DNA of 64,000 nt from Eledone cirrhosa. Lineage: Eukaryota. Under the pieces are notes generated by a model. That model made no database searches. It was not told where the DNA came from and saw only the letters and a program-made list of their open reading frames with translations. Both the position numbers and the translations under genes were made by a program. Every line of letters begins with the position of its first letter. Positions within the stretch are counted from its first letter, which is position 1. The stretch lies in contig OZ024741.1 of the NCBI GenBank assembly GCA_964016885.1, forward strand, positions 379,564,001 to 379,628,000. The letters are read 5' to 3'. Positions 55,335 through 64,000 of the stretch are shown one piece after another.

Positions 55335-55678
55335 TGAGGTGGTTTTGAAGCAGCGAGCGAATATGAGAAATTTAGTAGGAATAGAAACTTTCGCCGTACT
55401 TTTGACTAAAGAGATTTAAGCTTGATTGTGCGGTTTAAAACTCTCTAACAGATGGAAAAGGATATATATATATATATATATTAGCATAAATCATTATACT
55501 AGGAAACACAGGCAAGGTGTGAAGAGAAATAATTTGAAGAGAGAATTAATTGATTATATAAACTAACATGCATTTCGTCGGCGGTTACATAATTCTCTAC
55601 GAGAGTTGAATAGGTATAATTTTCTATTCACTCACTTGCATTACGTTTACTATCTGTGAAACTTCAGAGAATAATAAT

Positions 55679-55866
55679 AATTGTTTAACCTTTTTGGCAC
55701 AAGGCCAACAACTACCCAGTGCATTACTGGTACTTTATTTTATCGACCCCGTAAGGATGAAAGGCAAAGTTAACCTCGGCGGGAACTGAACTCAGAATAG
55801 CAAGTGTCCTAACTCTATGCGTCAAAGCATGGCGTCCGACCATCTACCGATACTGCCAATCCACCA
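55679..55866 (-). mobile_element. tRNA-derived SINE
   Basis: Same family. Confidence 0.85.
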
Positions 55867-56339
55867 TAATAATAATGAATACATAAAATAAAAAGTATTG
55901 TAAGTGTATTTGCGTAGAAGAGAAGGAGGAGAAAGTGAAATGGATAGTAGCCAATGTTATGTATGGTATTACAAGAGTATGGAATGCCATTGGTTGAGAG
56001 GAAATTATTTTACAGTTCAAAAGAATAGCATTTTAGGAAATGTGTATGTCATTTGTGGTTAAAAAAAACGTACATCCATCTGGAGTTTGTTTAATCTATA
56101 GTTTACGATAGTTAAGGGGTGAGCATTATAGATCAAGAAATTATTGAAATAGTAGATTTGGCACAAACCTTTTTTTAACAAAAGCGTCGACCTGTCAAGG
56201 AAGATTAATTCATAGTAAAATAGAAAAGGATCAGATCATAGAATAGATTGGCGTATATCTAGAGAAATTTTAAGTATTTATGTTTACAATTCAATATTAT
56301 ATCATGTCTAGAATTTAGTAATTTTTCCCGGTCATGATT

Positions 56340-57915
56340 TCCAACACTTTCGTCACACGAAGATATCACTCCTTCTTTGACGTTAATAGGAATTGATGAA
56401 ACGTAGAACCAACTACGACAGATCGTTCTCCAAGATTTCCTGCTTTACGTACCATATTTCTTTAGCCAACGCAGCGGGATCTGAAAAGAAGGAATGTGCA
56501 TATACCATCTGTTCTTACAAGAATTAGATGTGGCCTCCACAAATTTTAATATCTTTGAAGCTATGTAATTTGAACTAGTAGGGGATGATGTTACCCATGT
56601 ATTACCCAATAGGCGGCAATACTGGGTTGTCTGCAGTTCGATTGTATAAGAGCAGTTTGGATAAGAACCTTTTTCATTTTCGACATTTAGAGTAATGGTA
56701 GTGCTTTCCAGTGTGTTGCTGTTCAGGTTATTGGTTTGGGAGAGTATTAAACATTGAGATGAAGATGAATATGAACACAGAATATTGCCTCGAGTTGACA
56801 TTTGTGTCTTAATATTGTTTGTGGAGGCGTTAATTATTTAATTCTTCTATGAAGCTTTGCAAATTGTCTGTTTTCCTATTCGAAGTATGTGATAGCGGAA
56901 TGTTTTTTCTCGCAATGTTTAAAGAAGGTACACGGTAATTTAGTCTGAACTAAGCTATTATACGGACTGTAATAGCATAGATATGATCTATTTCGGAATC
57001 TTCCAGGTTTTATTCCAGCAAGTGAGATTGTTCGAGAGTAATCAATTGCTTCAATCAGTATAACCGTCTCTGCGGTTAATATTTCTACCCAATTACGATG
57101 ATGTGTAGGTTATATTTTCATCATAGTTATTGAAAGTGTCGGGGCTTGGTGATGATATCATCGATCAACTGTTGCATTAGGAATGTATTCTCATAACCAG
57201 CTTTTCTTGGTGCCGCATTTTAGATAGTCCGCAGGATTTTAGAATATATAATAACTTTCGATTTAAATCCTATAAAATCCACCACATAACCCCATCTAGA
57301 GGCCTTCGAAAGAGATCTAATAGATATGGCCCGCAAGATTTAATTTAGTCGGCAACACCCTTGTTATTTTCTACCAACTTCTCCAATTGATTATGAACCA
57401 ATTTAAACAAAAAAATAAAAACAGAGGGAATAATTGTCCGAGCCGAGAAAACTAGCAATATCACTCCCTCGATATTTATACTTATGAAAGCGTTATACTC
57501 AAGCAACTACAAAAGAAGTACAGAGAAACAAAAAAATCTAATATTAGTGTTATCAATAACGAAGAATAGGCGTGGTTAAACGAAATGAAGCATTTCAACC
57601 TAGATATCCAACATATAATGTAAAGGATCATACGAATAACTTTGGATTCAAGTCCCTTATTAGACTCATATGTCTCTCTATATTAGTAGCAATAGTAAAC
57701 ATACAAGGTATATATTAATTGAAATAGGGAATATATTCTCAATTTAATATTGGAGCAATACTGAAAACGATATCCACTATTTTACTAACATAGAGGATAA
57801 ACGAACATCCAAGTTCATATAGTTTGAAACTGACATACGTAAGGATGAAGTTGACATATTAGTAACTGTTAGATGTTCAGTCATAATGGTTGATAACGAA
57901 TACTGGATACGTAAG
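56340..57915. mobile_element. Very degenerate PLE, GIY-YIG half on minus strand and RT half on plus strand
   Basis: Minus: FVEATSNSCKNRWYMHIPSF; plus: GIIVRAEKTSN, NVKDH..NF, YWIRKD. Confidence 0.5.
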
Positions 57916-57919
57916 GATC

Positions 57920-58170
57920 TTCTTCTCCTTGCTCTTGCTCGATGAGACTGGGATCATCTTAGGTCACTGCTCCAGAGGTATCATGATGGGTAAAGCCGAC
58001 CCAGACCACCAGTACTCTCATTGATGGCGGTCCCTTGCCGGCCCTTCTGCATACTCCAAGGTAGCATCGAGCCATCGGAAGTCTATCATGATAACTTCCA
58101 GCCATCTGATGAGAGGCCTGCCACAGGACATCTTCGAACCGAGTATTTTCTCTCGGCTACCGCTGGAACG
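57920..58170 (-). mobile_element. Degenerate RTE-like LINE 3' fragment
   Basis: Remnant coding ending in (agaag)-like tail; weak resemblance to the other RTE 3' ends. Confidence 0.35.
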
Positions 58171-58612
58171 CAAGGGTGACGTTAGTCACCTAGCACGTAG
58201 TGTTTTTGTGGCTGTTTGGTTGCAAACAAACCGAATATTAATAATATTATGATATATTTATAATATTATTTTTATTCACACACGAATACATTTAGGTATC
58301 CAACACGTTAAGAGTGAATACACTTGTTTGTATTTTAATGTTCGACAAAAACGGTTATTAAATCGGTTGGTAAGCAAATAAGGCTAATAAGCCGATGTAT
58401 ACATTTGAGAATGCTATGTAATCTTAGCAGTTCCAGTGGGTAACAGCAACGAGGATACGTTGTTTTTTTTTGCATCTACCGCAGGAACAAGTGGGTAACT
58501 TTAGTCAGCAACACGTCGTGTTTAAGAAGCTGTTTGCTTGTAAACAACCCGAATATTAATAATATCATATGATTACAATATTAACGTTATTCACTCACGA
58601 ATATACACACAG

Positions 58613-58686
<74 letters not shown>

Positions 58687-58698
58687 GCATGCACACAT

Positions 58699-58753
<55 letters not shown>

Positions 58754-59278
58754 CATATATATACAAATATATATATGAGAAAGGCAGATCATATGCATTT
58801 AAAGGTTATTTCTACACTCCTTGAATTTGGCGCAATGACGCTGCAAAATTCAGACTTACAGAGAAGTCTAGATTTCCTAATCTCGTATGTAAACTGATTT
58901 ATTTATATGGCTTAACATTGTCACAAGCAGATTTGTGAGTTTGACAAAATCACAGTATTTGTAGATTGAGTTGTCTGTATCATGTTTATGTTGTACATTA
59001 CGTTAAAATACAGATGTAGGATTGTTGATTTTATAACTGTTCAGCTTCTTATCAAACATCTCTCTTATAATCCGAGCTGATCTTCAACAGAATATTCGGA
59101 GAGTTTTGCGTACAGTTACACCTTTTCACCTAATATGGATGTAAATCTTTATTATTATTATGCAATCCGTATTTTGTTTTCTTTATAACCCCATGACTAT
59201 TTCATCTCCCTCTCCTGTTTACCCCCTCCCACTCTCTTTCTCTCTCTCTGCCATTCTGGTAGTATATATATATATATA

Positions 59279-59319
<41 letters not shown>

Positions 59320-59494
59320 CAGGGCACTTTATTTCACGTTGCTCCTGCTATCTGGTGCTGCGAGCGATAGATAGTATTACCAATTGGAAAGACCAATAGT
59401 AACATTGCTTCCTTGGTCCGATTTGATGAGCCCCAACCTACTCGTTAAGTGAATGAGTTCTGGGACCCTATTGATCGAATCCTATATATATATA

Positions 59495-59957
59495 TAGTTT
59501 AGCGAGGTTTTTTATATGAAATCGTGTGTCGAAACAGATATTGTTATATTTGGGGAGGGTCATATTTGCGTAATATTGCCAGAATTAATAACAGAACACA
59601 CTCACTGTTTGGTTGGTTTTCGCTTCTCGCTGTCTTTTATATCTGCGATCTAACTTACTCGGTCGTCAATGTTGCCATTGACTGACCGGCGGTCAAAAAT
59701 AATACAGATACAATATAGACACAAACACATATATATAGTTTACATAATTTACATAAATCTTTCGTTGCACATCTGCAACATCGTCAGTGGTGTTATATTC
59801 ATTGTTCCTCCTGTTGTGTTGTATGTCTACGCCATTTTTTATTCAGTCTGTCTATATATTTATTTAAAGACAGCGAGAAGCGAAAACCAACCAAACAGTG
59901 AGTGTGTTATGTTATTAATTCTGGCAATATTACGCAAATATGACCCTCCCCAAATAT

Positions 59958-59964
<7 letters not shown>
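59495..59964. repeat. Fold-back element with ~100-bp inverted arms, related to the PLE terminal family
   Basis: 59539-59637 is inverted at 59866-59964; shares tattgttata..gggagggtcat with 3425 and 39688. Confidence 0.8.
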
Positions 59965-59996
<32 letters not shown>

Positions 59997-59997
<1 letters not shown>

Positions 59998-60895
59998 TAG
60001 CAGAATGTCACGGCGTTGCTTGGGCTTCTAGACATAGATTGGCATGTTTATCCCTCTTTTCTGAAACAGTACGGAGAAGTACGGAATACCTCGGCCTGGG
60101 GATGGTGTCTCCGTTTGTGCTTACGGAAATCATTTTCCATTAAGATTTTTCAAAAACATGTAATTGCGTTCCCTCTCTTTTTTGTTGTTGTTTTTGCTGA
60201 TGTTGGTGTGCGAGCAGCCAATGGTCGTACTACTAACACAGTCTCGTCTTTCTTCAGCCAATCGTGTATATCCCCTTCTGCCTCATCTACCTAAATAATG
60301 ATTGCAGCACCTCCTTGTACACAATGGTCCTCGTTCTTCCGTGTCGGGCATATGTAAATAGATTTGTCTTGCTTCCTATTCTGGAGCAGCCAACGTATAG
60401 CTGCCTGTGTGAAAAACACGACTCTTCCAAAAGAAGACAAGCAACAGCTGGGATTTGTTGATAGACATTGCAAACTTGACACGGTTCAGCGAATGGTTCG
60501 TTGGTTGTCTGTTTCAAGTGCTCTTCTGGTGGCAATATCTTGCGACCGTCGAATAGCGGATTCCGTTGACGATTCGTTTACCTGCCTTGTCTTTCTTTCC
60601 CCTTTCGCAGTTTTCGGCCAATGGAGTAGCTCTTCCTTCGAGGCATGACCTACAAGAAGGACGAAGTACACTAAGTCTAACTGGTAGAGTAAGGAGTAAA
60701 CTCGTCAGTGATGCATGTGATTTCCGAACCGTTGACTAAGTAATTGCTTGCCTTGTGCCAAAAGTAGTGGGACTTCTTGGGTGGCATATCGGCAGTAACA
60801 ATGGCAATAAGCGGTATGTGCTTTCGTGAAATAAATTCGTTTGTTTATATTTTGTTTTTTGTGTATGCAAAATCATCTTTACACGAATAATATAT
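59997..60895 (-). mobile_element. Internally deleted Helitron with Pif1-helicase C-terminal remnant
   Basis: CFSHRQLYVGCSRIG..TRTIVYKEVL motif; minus-strand 3' end cccaagcaacgccgtg..CTAG|t. Confidence 0.8.
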
Positions 60896-60917
60896 AATTA
60901 TATATATATATATATAT

Positions 60918-60974
60918 CTGATGATTTCTAATGAATGAAACAGTTCTAGTCCTGTAGAATCTCATCTATATTAA

Positions 60975-60977
<3 letters not shown>
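60918..60977 (+). ncRNA. Hammerhead core fragment lacking the 5' stem I strand
   Basis: CTGATGA-tttc(taat)gaat-GAAA-cagt-TC; tail matches the arms of the 21927-22045 palindrome; between (TA)n tracts. Confidence 0.5.
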
Positions 60978-61027
<50 letters not shown>

Positions 61028-61539
61028 ATATTAAAGTTTAAGTAACGAGTCGCTGCGTTCACCCTTAACGGGATCTTCTGAAACTAAAAAAAATCAATTT
61101 GTGAACGCAGAATAAATATTTCGTAAAACGTTGCAGCTGAAGGAAAACATGAAGACAATACTTTAGTTCGTGAAGACGTTCCCTGGCAATGAACGCAAAA
61201 TAGCGAAGATAATACGTCAGCAATGAGAAAAAATGTTTTCATAATGTCGTAATGTAGACATCCAGACATACAGACAGATATTATAAGGGCGAGACGTTAT
61301 AGCTAGGTATCTATCTAAAAAGAAAGAGAGAGAGATCGATGGCTAACCGGCGCCTAATACCCCTTTAACAACAGAAAATTGAGAAATAAAGCTGCAGTTA
61401 ATATCTTTAGACCGCAAGGAATATATAAATGTAAGTGTGAAGTCAAGCGGAGTAGAAATGTGGATTTGTATAGACTTTGCAGAAGTCAGGACACGCACAC
61501 ACTCACACACAGTCAATTTCAGTTTTATATATATGTATA

Positions 61540-61618
<79 letters not shown>

Positions 61619-61800
61619 ATGTTTTGATATTATACTGAAAAAATCCCTCCAGCATTTACTACAGCTCTTTTTTCAACTTTACTATTTGTTTATATATATA
61701 TATATATATATATATAAGTAATACATTTTGAAGACTAACATCCGAATATGGATCGATAAGGATAAATATATATCAAATATAAAAGAACCGTAGAGCAAAT

Positions 61801-61929
61801 ATTTATTAATATAACAGATTAAAGTTTAAGCAAAGAATCGCTGCTTGCACCCTTAAGATGTTTCAGAAGATCCCGTTAAATGTGAAAGCCGCGATTCTTT
61901 GTTTAAACATTAATCTGTTATTTTAATAA

Positions 61930-61931
<2 letters not shown>
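61801..61931. repeat. Palindromic short element
   Basis: ataacagattaaagtttaagcaaagaatcgc / gcgattctttgtttaaacattaatctgttat; arm fragments also at 21503, 61022 and 62970. Confidence 0.65.
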
Positions 61932-61968
<37 letters not shown>

Positions 61969-62031
61969 ACAATTTCGCCCTACATGGCTGAATACAATAA
62001 ATGCAATCTGAGTTTTTCGAATATTAATAAT

Positions 62032-62217
62032 TGTTTCTTCCTTAGGCACAAGGCCAGCAATTACCCAGTGCATTACTGGTACTTTATTTTATCGACCCCG
62101 TAAGGATGAAAGGCAAAGTCAACCCCGGCGGGATTTGAACTCAGATCGTAATGGGACGTAACTATGCTAGAAAGCATGGCGTCCGACACTCCACCGATAC
62201 TGCCAATCCACCGCCCT
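62032..62217 (-). mobile_element. tRNA-derived SINE with 18-bp target-site duplication
   Basis: TTTTCGAATATTAATAAT at 62014-62031 and 62222-62239. Confidence 0.9.
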
Positions 62218-62803
62218 GATATTTTCGAATATTAATAATAACATTCAATTCGTTTGCAAGAATGAAGTGTTCATTTTACTGACATGGCTATAAAATTGAG
62301 GCTTGTTTGCAAAATTGCAAATGAATCGAATGTTATCTCTCTATATACAACGCGGTAGATGTCTGTCTGTGTGTGTGTATGATTTTTATGTATTTCCACA
62401 TTTCTCTAACGATATTGATGATTTGTTTTCCAATGTGCTTCAAATTTACCAAGTCAGGTCAACGCGTAATGAATTTGCCAAAAATGTCCAGCTTCTATGA
62501 AAAAAATTCGATAAATCTAAATACATGCTGTTACCCTCTCTCTTACACGCTTCAATCCTCTCACTACTACCATCAAAAATCTAAGAAACTACATACATGT
62601 TGCAACTCTCTCTATATATATATATATCACACACACACACACACACACATATATACATCTAAAGAGAGAAAGGGAAATGTAGAGAGAGAGAGTAAGATAG
62701 GTCGTTATACAGAGAGAGATAGAGAGAGAAAGAATGGCGACGATTGCTGGTTCACACACATACACACACACAAACAAACACACATATATATAAAGACAGA
62801 GAG

Positions 62804-62868
<65 letters not shown>

Positions 62869-62964
62869 TCTGCGTGTTCTTTAGAAGAAGAGAGTGAGAA
62901 GGTATGAGTGAGAGAGAGAGAGAGGGAGAGAGGGTATGAGAAAAAAGGGAGAGGGGGTTGAAAA

Positions 62965-63980
62965 AGAAAGAAAGTTTAAGCAAAGAATCGCTGCTTTCAA
63001 CATTAACGGGATCTTCTGAAACTAATAAATTCACTCTGTGAACTCAGAATTGAATATTTTGAGAAACATTGCAACCGAAAGAAAACAGGAAGATGATATT
63101 TTGGTTCGATGATATTTTGCGCCGACGGACATACACATACATATACATACACAAACACAAATACATACACACACACAAATACACACACACACACGCGCGC
63201 ACGCGTGTGTGTGTAAACCCTATACATTTCTAGAGTATTTTCACCAAACTTAAGACATAGGTTACTTATGTACTCCCGATGGCCATGGGCACTTTCATGT
63301 TTCAAGATATTGATTATAGCGTCTCCTGGCAGATAACCCCCTTCAACCACTTCCTTCGAGTCGACTGAAGCACTGCAGTGCAATGCAACAACACGTCATA
63401 ACTTCTGGAGTTCGCAACCGATTTTCACAAAACTTGATACATGGATTCGGTTTGTTCTACAGATGAATGTGAAAGGAACTTAACATTGTAACTTTAACAC
63501 AGCTACTGAGCAGCCCGGAGCAACCCCGGGCTTTACTGCTATATGCGATAAAGTTTTGCAGACAGACAGTCGGGCTGATAGACGATTGATGCTTGTAGAC
63601 AGATAGTCGTGTAGAGAGGTGATAGGCGATAAAATTGCTTCTTTTTTTTCTACATGTCCATCCAATTTCTTTGTTTCAAAATAATTGATATTTTGGTTAC
63701 GCTGATGTTTTTCTCTGAGACAAGTGTTGCAGTGTTTACATTTTCGATTTTTGTTAATAGATTACCAGTGCAGTTTTTATCCCCAGCATCCTCTTTTATT
63801 TTAACATTCAGGATATGGTTATGTGTTCTTAACTTCATAAGGCATACTGTTGGTTGAGGGAATATTAATCAAACGTACCACATGAAAGTCTATACAGTAG
63901 ACTCTACAGTTTTTAAGCCAAGAAAGGAACTTAACATTGTTACTTTAACACAGCTACTGAGCAGCCCTGAGCAACGCTAG
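62965..63980 (+). mobile_element. Non-autonomous Helitron-like element with duplicated 3' end
   Basis: Similar to 11900-12820; 3' hairpin cccggagcaaccccggg at ~63513-63530; the 3' segment repeats at 63923-63980 ending in CTAG. Confidence 0.6.
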
Positions 63981-64000
63981 TTATTAATATTCGAAAAACT

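Noticed and set aside
55560-55672. Hammerhead-like remnant (minus: ctgaag...gaaatgcatgtt)
   Set aside because: Core and stems too decayed to support a call.

Overview
AT-rich eukaryotic (animal) DNA made almost entirely of repeats. The tRNA-derived SINEs, CR1-like LINE tails and dense (TA)n microsatellites resemble octopod cephalopod genomes (inference). No host gene can be called with confidence, and most ORFs in the track are microsatellite translations. The window holds fragments of Penelope-like elements (PLEs; RT + GIY-YIG), Dong/R4 RT-RLE retrotransposons in (TAA)n, CR1-like, RTE and probable Tx1 LINEs, about 10 SINE copies, Helitron remnants and a mariner fragment. The standout is a 5.5-kb array (15151-20626) of apparently identical, highly structured 310-bp units, each carrying a type I hammerhead ribozyme motif. 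It looks like a non-LTR retrozyme. It is arranged as a giant head-to-head palindrome (10 + 7 full units) that pivots on a 15-bp hairpin repeated six times, with both ends anchored in (TA)n. Further hammerhead-like motifs and fold-back palindromes mark PLE termini across the window.
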